DNA of 64,000 nt from an uncultured delta proteobacterium (GCA_963711565.1 CAVQEQ010000004.1:192001-256000); one strand, 5' to 3'. Numbered from the stretch's first letter, positions 28,424-39,221 are shown. Notes: generated by a model from the sequence alone, not told the origin. Numbers and translations are program-made.

Positions 28424-29774
28424 CGATCAGGCAATCGTGCTGGTCGTCGACGACGACCACGACATGGTCGCCGCGCTCAGCGACATCCTGCGCGAAGCCG
28501 GCTACCGTCCGCTGAGCGCGCATTCGGGCAATGAAGCGCTCGCGATCGTCGCGCGCGAATCTCCCGACGTGCTGATCTCCGATCTCCGGATGGCCGGGAT
28601 GAGCGGGCACGGACTGCAAGCCGAGCTGAAGCGAATCGCGCCCGATCTGCCCGTGATCATCATCACCGCCTTCGGTTCGATTCAGACGGCGGTCGAGTCG
28701 ATGAAGCTCGGCGCCTTCGATTACATCACCAAGCCCTTCAGCAACAGCGAGTTGCTGCTGCTCGTCGCGCGCGCGCTGGAAAATCGCGCCCTCCGAAGTG
28801 AAGTGAAGCGCCTGCGCATCGAGCTGGCGCGCAATCACGGCCTCGAAAATATTATCGCGTCGAGTCCGAAGATGACTGCGATGCTGAGCAAGCTCGCGCA
28901 GGTCGCCGACAGCAACGTCAGCGTGCTGATCACCGGCGAGAGCGGCACCGGCAAGGACCTGCTGGCGCGCGCGCTTCACTTCCAGAGCGCGCGCCACAGC
29001 GGCCCGTTCGTGCCCGTCAACTGCGCGGCGATTCCCGAGAGCCTCATCGAGAGCGAGCTGTTCGGACACGCGCGCGGCGCCTTCACCGACGCCAAGCAGA
29101 ACAAGGTCGGCCTCTTCGTCGCCGCCAGCCACGGCACTCTCTTCCTCGACGAAATCGGCGAGATGCTCCCGACAGTCCAGGCCAAGCTGCTCCGAGTCAT
29201 CGAGGACAAAAAAGTCCGCCCGCTCGGCGCGACCGGCGAGACGACCGTCGACGTCCGCGTCATCGCCGCCACCAACGCCGATTTGGAGAAAGCGGTCGCC
29301 GACGGCCGCTTCCGCTCCGATCTATTTTATCGCATCGCAACCGTCACGATGGCGGTGCCGCCGCTGCGCGACCGTCCCGAAGACATTCCGCTGCTGATCA
29401 AGCACTTCCTGATGCGCGCCGGCGCCGAGGCCGGCAAACCCCCGCCGAATCTCGACGCCGAAACGACGGATCTTCTCACGCACTATCGATGGCCCGGCAA
29501 CATCCGCGAGCTGCAAAACGCGATTCAGCAGGCCGTCATCCTCTGCTCCGGCCCGCAGATCACCCGCGCCGACCTGCCGAGCAGGATCACCGGCGACCAC
29601 CACGCCCCGAATCACCTGGAAGAACTCGCGTCACGCCGAATGCCCCTGGAAGAAGTCGAACGCCAATACGCCCGCGCCGTTCTGGCGTCGGTCAACAACC
29701 ACCGCGGCGAAGCCGCCGCAATCCTGGGCGTCGACCGCAAAACCCTAACCCGCAAACTAGAAGACCCCGACTGA
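28389..29774 (+). CDS. sigma54-dependent response regulator (NtrC/AtoC-like)
   Basis: Receiver domain, Walker A GESGTGK, ESELFGHARGAFTDA, LFLDEIG, WPGNIREL, C-terminal HTH. Confidence 0.93.
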   Translation: MSMDPVSSGTHSDQAIVLVVDDDHDMVAALSDILREAGYRPLSAHSGNEALAIVARESPDVLISDLRMAGMSGHGLQAELKRIAPDLPVIIITAFGSIQTAVESMKLGAFDYITKPFSNSELLLLVARALENRALRSEVKRLRIELARNHGLENIIASSPKMTAMLSKLAQVADSNVSVLITGESGTGKDLLARALHFQSARHSGPFVPVNCAAIPESLIESELFGHARGAFTDAKQNKVGLFVAASHGTLFLDEIGEMLPTVQAKLLRVIEDKKVRPLGATGETTVDVRVIAATNADLEKAVADGRFRSDLFYRIATVTMAVPPLRDRPEDIPLLIKHFLMRAGAEAGKPPPNLDAETTDLLTHYRWPGNIRELQNAIQQAVILCSGPQITRADLPSRITGDHHAPNHLEELASRRMPLEEVERQYARAVLASVNNHRGEAAAILGVDRKTLTRKLEDPD

Positions 29775-29843
29775 TTCGCGCTAGATTGGCGCCGCGCCCT
29801 CCTGAAGGTGCAGAAGACGCGAGGATGAAACCATTACTGGATC

Positions 29844-31223
29844 CTAAGCGTGTACAAAATGCTCGATGACTTTCTTCGCGAACTGATCTACTAAGGGAGT
29901 AATTGTTACCGACGCTATCAACGACAAGGCAGCAACAGACGGGGCCCTGAATTTTTCAGCAGCTTTGATCTGCCGTCTTAGTTCCTCTCTCTGATGGCGG
30001 TAGAACTCGGCCCAATCTTTGGCTGTAGTGTTGGCCTTGTCAGGATTTACACTCGTCTCGAGCTCCCGCATGATATTTGAGGTCTGTCCACTAAACTCAT
30101 TGAACCATTCTACATGCTGAAAGCGCGGGTCGTAGTCGCGGGTTCCCCTAAAAGCCTCTACAGAACCTTCGGTAAACGGAGCTTGCTCGGGAAGCTGCGA
30201 AGCATTCTCTACAAGGGCGGTAGCGTCTAAATTCGGCTCGGCGACTGTTTTGCCAGAATCCTCCGTTTGGCTCATGGTGATGCCCCACAGAAGCATCTTG
30301 TCGCTATCCAGAAAATTCTTCCACTTCTCACCGAACCTAGCTATCAAATGTCCTAACTCTGCTGCATGACTTTTGCCGGTTGGTGCTTCCAGCGTCTTAA
30401 CCAAATCGGTAAGCCAGCCTTCCTCTTTCTTTAGTAGATCCAACCGCTTGGTTCTGCCGCGTAGCCAGCCAATCAGATAGGGTATCAAAATGAATGAGGC
30501 CAGATAGGAAATGAGGATGATCGGTAATATCAACGGAAATTGAAGTGGAATGTTGGTATTTAGAAAGCTAGCACTTTCTCTATTCGGGTTAGGAAGAGTC
30601 CAGTAGAACAGTGCCAGGTATAAGGCAAAAGGAACCAACCCACCGAATTGCGCTACAAGAAAACGACTTCGGGTTCCTTCGTCCAAGTTCTCAGACGAAA
30701 GAGTTCCGACGATAACAGGCAAAGAAAGCGGCAAGCCCGCGACAGTGGACAAGAGCAGAGTGAGCTGGATAGTCCTAACCTCAAGCTCAGGCGATGAGAT
30801 AGGATGTCTGAAGTATAGGATCGCGGCCACGATTGGATAGCCCAAGAAAGCCACGATCGAAAATAGCAAACCCAAAACCATGGTAATCGGATGCTTTAGT
30901 CCGAATTCGTTACCAGCCCACAGCGAGCGCAGTCCCCACTCGGTCTCACTCGAACCAAGAAATCCCCAGAGAATACCCGTGACGATCACACCCAGCTGAG
31001 CGCCGGCGAAAACTAGAGCCATTAGAGCCACACTGCCGAAGCCGCTCAGTAGGTAAATGAACGAAAACATCCCGGCTGTCGAAAGCAAGATGGTTAACTC
31101 AGTAAAGGCGAAGGCATTGCTGGTCCGCAGGCCGTGTGTCGTGGCCTTCGATGTGAGCCGCGCGCTTGCGATCGCAAAAACGAAATACGCGAAGCAGAAG
31201 ACGAGGAATCTAAGTAGATGCAT
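29844..31223 (-). CDS. hypothetical multi-pass membrane protein, lower GC
   Basis: 459-aa ORF with about 6-7 TM segments then a helical cytoplasmic domain; codon usage unlike flanking genes. Confidence 0.65.
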   Translation of the reverse strand: MHLLRFLVFCFAYFVFAIASARLTSKATTHGLRTSNAFAFTELTILLSTAGMFSFIYLLSGFGSVALMALVFAGAQLGVIVTGILWGFLGSSETEWGLRSLWAGNEFGLKHPITMVLGLLFSIVAFLGYPIVAAILYFRHPISSPELEVRTIQLTLLLSTVAGLPLSLPVIVGTLSSENLDEGTRSRFLVAQFGGLVPFALYLALFYWTLPNPNRESASFLNTNIPLQFPLILPIILISYLASFILIPYLIGWLRGRTKRLDLLKKEEGWLTDLVKTLEAPTGKSHAAELGHLIARFGEKWKNFLDSDKMLLWGITMSQTEDSGKTVAEPNLDATALVENASQLPEQAPFTEGSVEAFRGTRDYDPRFQHVEWFNEFSGQTSNIMRELETSVNPDKANTTAKDWAEFYRHQREELRRQIKAAEKFRAPSVAALSLIASVTITPLVDQFAKKVIEHFVHA

Positions 31224-31401
31224 CTTTTTTTCCGAACAGGCCCCCTTGTTCGCAAAACTGTCGAGGCGGTAGATTCTACGTTTTATTGTTCAAGTTTGTA
31301 AACACCGGTCGCTGCTTCCGTTAACAACCCGATTGCATCTTCGCAACGAATTCTGTCGACAGCAAAATCCTGTCCGCAAACTCGAAGACGCCGACACCTA
31401 T

Positions 31402-32652
31402 TCAATTATTGGAATAATTCTTACCAATATATAAAGTGAAAGTGCGCATTTTCGAATTTAGCTCTTTGCCGAGATCGCCGCGTCGCGTTACCTCGATTCG
31501 CTCGAGGCCCAGCCACGACGCCATTGTGACCAGCTCGCGCATCAGCGGTTCCGCCACCGCGCGCGGCCGCACGCCGGGCTCGCTATGCGCGCCCTGCACG
31601 AGCAGCGTCCGCGTTGCACGATCGGATTTCAGATCGACGCGCGCGACCAGCCGGTCCCCGAGCAGGAACGGCAGCACATAGTATCCGTACTTGCGCTTCG
31701 CCAACGGAGTGTAGATCTCGATTCGATAATGGAAGCCGAAAATTCTCTCCGTGCGCGCGCGCTCCCACACCAGCGAGTCGAACGGAGAGAGCAGGGCGCG
31801 CGCCTCCAGCCTGCGCGGCGACTTCGCCTCGCGATGGACGTACGCCGGCTCCCGCCATCCTTCGACCCTAACCGGAGTCAACTCTCCCGTCTCGACGAGT
31901 TCCCTGATGCGCTGCCTGCCGGGAGTCAGGCGGATGCGAAAATAATCGCAAAGATCTTTCTCCGTGCCGACGCCAAGCGCGCGCGCCGCGGTTCGCATCA
32001 GCTCGCGCTGGGCGTCTTCGCGCGCGGGAGTCGGCATCGCGAGCACTCGCGCCGGGATAACTCGCTCCGGCAGATCGTACAGCCGCTCGAAGCCGCGACG
32101 TCCCGCCGCCGCGACTCGACCCGCGGCGAACAGCGCCTCGAGCGCGTGCTTGCCGTCACTCCATCCCCACCATCCGCCCTTGCTCGCACCCGCGCCGGTA
32201 ATCTCGCGAGCCGCGAGCGGGCCGCGCTCGCGGATCTCATCGAGCGCCGCCTGCATGAAGCCGGGGCGGCTGCGATTGAGACGCCCAAAAATGTCCTCGT
32301 TCTTGTCAGCCGCCTGCGCCATCCGCCAGCGCAGCAAGGGATGCATTTCGAACGGCATCAACGACGCCATGTGCCCCCAATATTCGAACAGCTCGCGCTT
32401 GGCCGGCGCGCCGAGCCACGACGAGTCGAGCAGTTCCGGTGCGTAGTTGCCGAGGCGCGAAAAAAGCGGCATGTAATGCGATCGCACCAGCACGTTGACC
32501 GAATCGATTTGCAACAGCCCGATCTGCGCGATGACGCGTCGCAAATGCCGGCGGTCGAGACGCCCGGACGGCCGCGGCTCCGCAAACCCCTGCGCCGCAA
32601 GCGCAATCCGTCGCGCTTCATCCGCCGAGATTTTCTCGATTCTCCCGCTCAT
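31402..32652 (-). CDS. ycaQ: YcaQ/AlkZ-like winged-helix DNA crosslink repair glycosylase
   Basis: LLQIDSVNVLVRSHY (QxD motif), FEYWGH, LLSPFDSLVW, YRIEIY, YGYYVLPFL. Confidence 0.88.
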   Translation of the reverse strand: MSGRIEKISADEARRIALAAQGFAEPRPSGRLDRRHLRRVIAQIGLLQIDSVNVLVRSHYMPLFSRLGNYAPELLDSSWLGAPAKRELFEYWGHMASLMPFEMHPLLRWRMAQAADKNEDIFGRLNRSRPGFMQAALDEIRERGPLAAREITGAGASKGGWWGWSDGKHALEALFAAGRVAAAGRRGFERLYDLPERVIPARVLAMPTPAREDAQRELMRTAARALGVGTEKDLCDYFRIRLTPGRQRIRELVETGELTPVRVEGWREPAYVHREAKSPRRLEARALLSPFDSLVWERARTERIFGFHYRIEIYTPLAKRKYGYYVLPFLLGDRLVARVDLKSDRATRTLLVQGAHSEPGVRPRAVAEPLMRELVTMASWLGLERIEVTRRGDLGKELNSKMRTFTLYIGKNYSNN

Positions 32653-32883
32653 AGCGCGGCCCGTTTCCACGTTCTGTCGCTGACGCAAGCAAAAAGATTA
32701 GTCCTAAATGTCCATGGTATCCTTGAAATCCGACGACTTCCCCCGCGAAACTTCAGCCAACAAATTCGCCGCAGAGCGTCGTCCCTGAGTGCAAATCAGC
32801 GGCGCTTCCAAAAATGTTTCAGTGGGTGGCTACGATCTGTTATGTTTGAGGCCTTCCAAACGTAGCGTCACATTGAATGGGAG

Positions 32884-33942
32884 GTGGGTGTCGTGAAGGA
32901 ATCGGCACGTTTCCAATTTCCAACATCCGGAAGCTTTTTGGGATCGCACTACGCGAGTTTTTCCCGGGCTGCCGAAATTGCGGCTAGTCTCCAATCGAAT
33001 ATCTCGATAGGCAATTCCATCTTAGCAGCTAAGTATCTTTCTCCCCCCGCGTACTTACGAAATCTTGATGTCTTCTCGACATTAGGTGCAATGACGGAGT
33101 CTTTCGAGGCGACGCGCCGGAGTATTGAGTCCTTTTCCCATGTAGCCGAGATCCCGGCCGGCCTCCGATCGACTATCTCGATAGGCAATTCCTTTTTAGC
33201 AGACAGGTATCTATCGGCCCCTGCATACTTTCAACATCTCGATGTTCTCTCGGCTTTCGATGTGGTGACGAAGTCCTTTCATGCGACGCGCCAGATGATC
33301 GAGGCCTTTGACAGCTGCAGAAATCTGATGGACGAATTCCGTCAGTACGAAGAAACGATAGCGACAAATGCCGAAAAGCTGGGATCTCTTGGATGGACGA
33401 TCCCAATGGACGCCACCATTCCAGATTGTATGCGTCTACTCGAAAGGAGCTCGAATTCCGAAACAGCGGACACGGCATTTACGGCATTTTATAACGCAGA
33501 CGAGCGCGCTGCCTATTTGGCATTGAAGGAAAGGCTTCTTGCAGAAACCGAGCTAGCGATGTGGCGAGAAGATCTGATCACAGCCCTCGCAAGGTTCGAA
33601 CACGATGATTACCTCAGCTGCGTAAGCGTACTTCTTCCTAGAGTTGAAGGTTTCTTAGCGACCAAAGGCAAGGAACCTAGATTCTACATGAAGGGAGCAC
33701 GAGAGCGCTTCTTCGCGCAAAAACTGAACACCGCCGATAAGTCGCCGCTAAACGACGCTCTTTGGTGTTCCGTCAGGGCTTTTGTCGATCGTCTGTACGA
33801 GCCTGTAGACTTTACAGATCAGGTTCAGCTCACCAATCGATTGAATAGACATGCTTGTGTTCATGGACGCGGCAACTACAAACACACGCAAGCAGACTGC
33901 TTGCGCCTGTTACAAGCGCTAGACACTTTGTCATCCTTGTGA
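32884..33942 (+). CDS. hypothetical protein with tandem 58-aa repeat and C-terminal Rx4H (HEPN-like) motif
   Basis: Lower GC; GGAGG near the start; LGWTIP and LNRHACVHG motifs. Confidence 0.6.
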   Translation: MGVVKESARFQFPTSGSFLGSHYASFSRAAEIAASLQSNISIGNSILAAKYLSPPAYLRNLDVFSTLGAMTESFEATRRSIESFSHVAEIPAGLRSTISIGNSFLADRYLSAPAYFQHLDVLSAFDVVTKSFHATRQMIEAFDSCRNLMDEFRQYEETIATNAEKLGSLGWTIPMDATIPDCMRLLERSSNSETADTAFTAFYNADERAAYLALKERLLAETELAMWREDLITALARFEHDDYLSCVSVLLPRVEGFLATKGKEPRFYMKGARERFFAQKLNTADKSPLNDALWCSVRAFVDRLYEPVDFTDQVQLTNRLNRHACVHGRGNYKHTQADCLRLLQALDTLSSL

Positions 33943-33983
33943 GCGAGCCGACGCATGACCTCCATGTACTTCGACGGTCGGTG

Positions 33984-35747
33984 ATGGCCAACGCCTCAAA
34001 CGATCAGGCCGCCGCTGCGCTCGTTGCGCCCGATTGCCGCGGGATGAACTTTTATCGCATCGACCGCGGATTGCGCGACCTGCTCGATCTCCATATGGAG
34101 CCGCGGTTGCGCGCCGCGATGGAGCCGCATCTCGATCGCCTCGGCCAGCTCGCGGGCGGCCGGCTCGACGAGCTTGCGGAAATCGCCGACAAGCATCCGC
34201 CGGTGCTCCATTCGCGCGATCGTTTCGGCCGCGACGAGGACTGGGTCGAGTTCCATCCGGCGTATCGCGAGATGGAGCGGATTGCTTTCGGCGAATTCGG
34301 GCTGCATGCGATGGCGCATCGGCCCGGCGTGCTCGGATGGCCCGAGCCGCTCCCGTACATCGCGAAGTACGCGTTCCAGTATCTGTTCGTGCAGGCCGAG
34401 TTCGGCCTGATGTGCCCGATCAGCGTGACCGACACCGGCGCGGTGCTGGTCGAGAACTACGGCAGCGCCGATCTCAAGTCGCGCTACCTCGGCCGCATGC
34501 TCTCGCAGAACATGGACGGGATTTTCAAGGGCGCGCAATACATGACCGAGCGCGCCGGCGGCTCCGATCTCGGCAACAGCGCCGTCGTCGCGAAGCGCGA
34601 CGGCGATTTCTGGCGGCTCTACGGCGACAAGTGGTTTTGCTCGGCGGTTGACGGCGACGTCGTACTACTACTCGCTCGGCCCGACGGTGCGCCCAGCGGC
34701 TCGAAAGGGCTCGGGCTGTTCCTGATGCCGCGGCGATTGGAAAACGGCGAGCGCAACAGTTATCGAATCGCGCGGCTCAAGGATAAATTCGGCACGCGGT
34801 CGATGGCGAGCGGCGAGGTCGTGCTCGAGGGCGCAATCGCGTTCCAAATCGGCGCGCTCGATCGCGGCCTGCGCCAGATGATGGACATGGTGAATCTCAG
34901 CCGCATGTCGCACGGCGCGCGCGCCGCCGGCATGATGCGCCGATGCCTCAACGAGTCGCTCGCGGTCGCGCGTCATCGCGCGGCGTTCGGCAAACCGATC
35001 ATCGAGCATCCGCTGCTGCGGCGCCAGTTGATGAAACTGATGGTGCCGACCGAGCAGGCGCTGTCGGTTTTCACTTACGACGCGACGATGATGGACCGGG
35101 CGCGCGGCGGTGACGCGGAAGCCGAGCGTGTGCTGCGCATCCTGACCGCGGTGCTGAAGTTCCGGGCGTGCCGCGACAACATCCGCGTCGCGACGGGCGC
35201 GATGGAGGTGCGCGGCGGCAACGGCTACATCGAGGATTGGGTGAACTCGCGGCTCATCCGCGACGCGCATATCGGCGTGCTGTGGGAGGGCACCAGTAAC
35301 ATCAACGCGCTCGACGTGATCAATCGCGCAGTCGCCAAATCCGGCGGCCACGAGACGCTCGCGCGCGCGCTGAAAGCCAAGCTCCAGGCCGCAACCGCCG
35401 CTCCCGCTGCCTTCCGCGCAGAGATCGCGCAGCTAATCGATCGCGCCGTTACATTCGCGGGCGAAGTCGCATCCAAGCCGAAGAACGAACGACTGGCGCG
35501 CGTGGCGACCGACGCGCTCTACAATGTAGCGAGCGCGGCGCTGATGACGTGGGAAGGTGCGACGGCAGGCGCCAACGGCCACGACGCTCGCCGCATGATC
35601 CTCGCGCGCATGGTCGTCGAGCATCGCCTGCGCCCGGAAGATCCTTTGGCGATAGCAGAGTCAGACTGGGAAGAAGACGCGATCATCGCGCTACTCGACC
35701 CGAGCGCGGTATCCATCGAAAAAGCTGCGCGACTTGTGTCTGGCTGA
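33984..35747 (+). CDS. acyl-CoA dehydrogenase, AidB-like
   Basis: GLMCPISVTD, MTERAGGSD, LYGDKWFCS, RLKDKFGTRSMASGE, GGNGYIE and LWEGTSNI motifs; GTG 33939 is an alternative start. Confidence 0.88.
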   Translation: MANASNDQAAAALVAPDCRGMNFYRIDRGLRDLLDLHMEPRLRAAMEPHLDRLGQLAGGRLDELAEIADKHPPVLHSRDRFGRDEDWVEFHPAYREMERIAFGEFGLHAMAHRPGVLGWPEPLPYIAKYAFQYLFVQAEFGLMCPISVTDTGAVLVENYGSADLKSRYLGRMLSQNMDGIFKGAQYMTERAGGSDLGNSAVVAKRDGDFWRLYGDKWFCSAVDGDVVLLLARPDGAPSGSKGLGLFLMPRRLENGERNSYRIARLKDKFGTRSMASGEVVLEGAIAFQIGALDRGLRQMMDMVNLSRMSHGARAAGMMRRCLNESLAVARHRAAFGKPIIEHPLLRRQLMKLMVPTEQALSVFTYDATMMDRARGGDAEAERVLRILTAVLKFRACRDNIRVATGAMEVRGGNGYIEDWVNSRLIRDAHIGVLWEGTSNINALDVINRAVAKSGGHETLARALKAKLQAATAAPAAFRAEIAQLIDRAVTFAGEVASKPKNERLARVATDALYNVASAALMTWEGATAGANGHDARRMILARMVVEHRLRPEDPLAIAESDWEEDAIIALLDPSAVSIEKAARLVSG

Positions 35748-35843
35748 TGCGTCCGCGTCGCTGTGCAAGCCGCGACTCGGCATCGCTCGATTGTGGAGAT
35801 TGCCCGGGTTCGTTGCGGGTCTTTATAATATTTGTAGTGATTT

Positions 35844-38402
35844 GTGACTGTTAGACGAACTGTGACGAGGCTATTGGTTGGCGCGACGGCGCTCGCAGCC
35901 TGCGGGTTCCTTTTGGGACAGGCCTCGTACGCCGGTGACGTCCCGCTTCGCGGTAATCATCCGGCCGAAGCGGCTACTCTAACCGCGGCGGTGCGCGCGG
36001 AGAGCACGCTGCCGCTCCATCTGACGATAGTATTGGGCCTTCGCAATCAGGCTGCGCTCACGCAACTGCTCGCCGATCAGCAAAATCCGTCGTCGCCACA
36101 TTATCGTAAGTGGCTCACGCCCAGGGAGTTCGCCCGCCGCTTCGGGCCGAGCGACAAGCAGGTGGGACTGGTCACGGACTGGCTGAAAGGGGAGGGCTTC
36201 GCCGTCACCTCAATCAATCGCCTCGCGCGCACTATTCAAGCGAGCGGCGACGCCGCGACGGCAGAGCGCGCATTTTCGACGACGCTGATCACCGACGGCG
36301 TGTCGTTTGCCAACACCACCGATCCCGCGATTCCCGCGCGGTTCGACGGCCTCGTCGCTGCAATCATGGGCTTGGATAACATGCACGCCGCGATGCCCGC
36401 GGGATTGCATCGAGTTGCGCCGCCGTCGCACTCGAGTACGCAGCGCAAGCCGGAAATTCTCGCGCTCGCCGACATGACCGGCAGCCCCGAGAACGCTCCC
36501 CAGATGCCGGCCGCCAGAGAAGGTGGCTCGACTGCGTTCGGACCAATCAACGTCGAGACCTTTTACGACGAGCTGCCTCTTCTCAACGCGGGGAACACTG
36601 GTTCGCCCTCGCCGGATTGCGTAGCGGTCGACGAAGATTCCGATTATCTTCCGTCGGCGGTCACTCTGTACGACAGCACCTTCGGACTCACGCCCGCGCC
36701 GATCACGAACGTCTATCCGGACGGCACTTCGCCGGGCATCACCGGCGATGAGGTCGAGACACTGCTCGATATCGAGTATTCCCAGGCGACTGCTCCGGGC
36801 ACGCCGATTCACCCGTACATCGGCACCAGTCTCTACGATGCGATGTCGCAAAGCGTGACGGATAATGTCTGCGGCGCGATCAGCGTCAGCTTCATCTTCT
36901 GCGGCGAGGAGTCGAGCTTCTACACGACGCTCGATATGCTCTTTCAAACCGCGGCGTCTCAGGGACAGTCGGTCTTCATCGCCACCGGCGATTGGGGTGC
37001 GGCAGGCTTACGGTACGCTGGCGGAACCTGCGTCGTCGGGACGACCAGGAATCCGAGCGAGATGGCGACCAGCCCGCACGTCACCGCGGTCGGTGGCACG
37101 ACCTTCAGTCCCCAGTATAATTCGTCGGGCAACGACACCAGCGTGGTCGGCGTCGCGCCGGGCGGAATCGAGAGCGGATGGAATGCGAGCGGCGGCGGCG
37201 AGAGCGCGATCTTCGCGAAACCCATGTGGCAGACCGGACCGGGCGTGCCGGCCGACGGTTTCCGCGATATCCCCGACGTTGCGATGATGGCGTGGGCGCC
37301 TTACGTTTTCATCGGCGCCGACGACGACGGCACTGCGATAATCCAGTGCTGCTGGGGCGGCACGAGTCTCGCCTCGCCGCTCTGGGCCGGCTATTCGCGA
37401 GTCCTCGCACAGGCGTCGAGCAGCGCGCGTCTCGGTCTGCTCAACCCCACGATTTACAATATCGCCGACGCGGGCCTGGCTGCCGACGGCGGCATCGAAG
37501 ATGTACTCAGCGGAAACAATAATTACAACGGAGTGACCGGCTATACGGCAGGCCCGGGGTTCGATCAGGTCACCGGATGGGGCAGCGTCGATATGACGCA
37601 ATTCGCGAGCGCATTCACGAGCGCGCCGCATCCGACGCCTACGGCAACGACCTCGGCGACGCCGACGCCGAGCGCCACGCCGACTGCAAGTGCTACATCG
37701 ACAAGAACTTCAACTCCGACCGCGACCACATCCGCGACGGCGACAACCACCCCAACTCCAACCGCCGCAGTCACGGCGACTCGAACAGCAACTGCCACTG
37801 CTACCGCGACTGGCACTCCGACTACGACCGCGACTGTCACTGCAACGGCAACTGTCACCGCAACCATGACTGTGACCGCAACTCCAACGCCCACCTCGAT
37901 GCCAACCGCCACGGCAACGGCGACTCGAAGCGCAACCGCTACTGCAACTTCAACCACAACTGCCACAACTACGCCGACCACGACCATGACCTCGACACCA
38001 ATAGCCACGGCAACAGCAACTCGAACCGCAATCGCCACTGCAACGCCAACAGCTACGGCGACGCCGGTTCCGACCTCGCTCAAATTCGAGCCCGCCAAGA
38101 TCAAGTTTGGCAAGGTCGCCATGGGCGCGACCAGCGACGTTCAGACGGTCACGCTCTCAAATCCGAACAAGAAGAAGGCGATGCCGATAACGCTCGAGGG
38201 ATGGAATTCAACGGGCGATTTCTCGGTCTCCGAGAGTCAGACGACTTGCGCGACATTTGAGACCTTAAGCCGCGGACAGAAATGTACGATAGGCCTGACG
38301 TTCACGCCTACCGTGACGGGCGCGCGCTCGGGTACGCTCACGATTCAGGACAACGCGAGCAACAACCGGCAGGTGGTTGAGCTGAAGGGAACCGGGAAAT
38401 AA
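35844..38402 (+). CDS. S53 (sedolisin/kumamolisin) peptidase with pro-domain, Thr/Pro linker and ASH/choice-of-anchor-D domain
   Basis: Pro-domain YRKWLTPREFARRFGP, catalytic ETLLD, ATGDWG, GGTSLASP, GPGFDQVTGWGS. Confidence 0.9.
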   Translation: MTVRRTVTRLLVGATALAACGFLLGQASYAGDVPLRGNHPAEAATLTAAVRAESTLPLHLTIVLGLRNQAALTQLLADQQNPSSPHYRKWLTPREFARRFGPSDKQVGLVTDWLKGEGFAVTSINRLARTIQASGDAATAERAFSTTLITDGVSFANTTDPAIPARFDGLVAAIMGLDNMHAAMPAGLHRVAPPSHSSTQRKPEILALADMTGSPENAPQMPAAREGGSTAFGPINVETFYDELPLLNAGNTGSPSPDCVAVDEDSDYLPSAVTLYDSTFGLTPAPITNVYPDGTSPGITGDEVETLLDIEYSQATAPGTPIHPYIGTSLYDAMSQSVTDNVCGAISVSFIFCGEESSFYTTLDMLFQTAASQGQSVFIATGDWGAAGLRYAGGTCVVGTTRNPSEMATSPHVTAVGGTTFSPQYNSSGNDTSVVGVAPGGIESGWNASGGGESAIFAKPMWQTGPGVPADGFRDIPDVAMMAWAPYVFIGADDDGTAIIQCCWGGTSLASPLWAGYSRVLAQASSSARLGLLNPTIYNIADAGLAADGGIEDVLSGNNNYNGVTGYTAGPGFDQVTGWGSVDMTQFASAFTSAPHPTPTATTSATPTPSATPTASATSTRTSTPTATTSATATTTPTPTAAVTATRTATATATATGTPTTTATVTATATVTATMTVTATPTPTSMPTATATATRSATATATSTTTATTTPTTTMTSTPIATATATRTAIATATPTATATPVPTSLKFEPAKIKFGKVAMGATSDVQTVTLSNPNKKKAMPITLEGWNSTGDFSVSESQTTCATFETLSRGQKCTIGLTFTPTVTGARSGTLTIQDNASNNRQVVELKGTGK

Positions 38403-38417
38403 GGCAGCGCAGTGCGC

Positions 38418-39221
38418 TCAGTTCCGTAGCCAGCTGACGATCCTCTGATGAATCCCGACCGGGTCTGATGCCTGAAATGCATGGCCCGCGCCCGGGATGA
38501 TGAACATCTCGGCCTGCGGGATTTTGCTCTTGATGAGATTCGCGTTCTCCGTCGGCACCAGCACGTCCTTGTCGCCGTGCACAATCAGCACCGGACATTT
38601 GATTTGCCCCAATCGATCGTACGCGTTGAACGTCTGGATTCCCGCAAACGCGCGGTCCGCGGTCTCCGGCGGCGTCGGCGGCGTCACCTTCGCTCCCGCG
38701 ATCATCATTTGCTTGATCTCGGGATGCGCCGCGACGAACTCCGCGGGCATCAGCGCCGGCATCAACAGGTCGAAAGCTTTCTCGGGATCGGTCGCCATGA
38801 TCTTGTTCGCCGTCATCAGCCGCTCGACGATGTCCGGCGTCGCCATCTTCGCGGTCGTGCCCCCTGCCATCGTGCATCCGAGCACAACCTTCGTGACCTG
38901 CTCGGGATGCCGGAGCGTGAGCTCCTGCGCGATCATCCCGCCCATCGACACGCCAAACACTTTCGCCTTTGCGATTCCGAGCGCCTTCAACAGGTTGCTC
39001 GCGTCATCGGCCATGCCCTCGACGGTATAGATGCTGTCGGGCTTGTCACTGAGTCCGGTGCCGCGATTGTCAAAGTAAATGGACTTGAAGCCGCCGAAAA
39101 ACGGCAGCGACGGAATCCATCCCGCACCCGACATGCCGAATCCCATGATCAGCAGCAGCGGCTCGCCGTCGCCGAAGGTGTCGTAGCTAATATTGACGTT
39201 GCCGGCTTTGATTAGTGGCAT
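38418..39221 (-). CDS. alpha/beta hydrolase
   Basis: FDNRGTG, GVSMGG nucleophile elbow, HGDKD, GAGH. Confidence 0.9.
   Translation of the reverse strand: MPLIKAGNVNISYDTFGDGEPLLLIMGFGMSGAGWIPSLPFFGGFKSIYFDNRGTGLSDKPDSIYTVEGMADDASNLLKALGIAKAKVFGVSMGGMIAQELTLRHPEQVTKVVLGCTMAGGTTAKMATPDIVERLMTANKIMATDPEKAFDLLMPALMPAEFVAAHPEIKQMMIAGAKVTPPTPPETADRAFAGIQTFNAYDRLGQIKCPVLIVHGDKDVLVPTENANLIKSKIPQAEMFIIPGAGHAFQASDPVGIHQRIVSWLRN

Noticed and set aside
29055-29095. GAFTDA instead of GAFTGA in the enhancer-binding protein
   Set aside because: A common natural variant; the key Phe-Thr residues are retained, so it is not evidence of novelty
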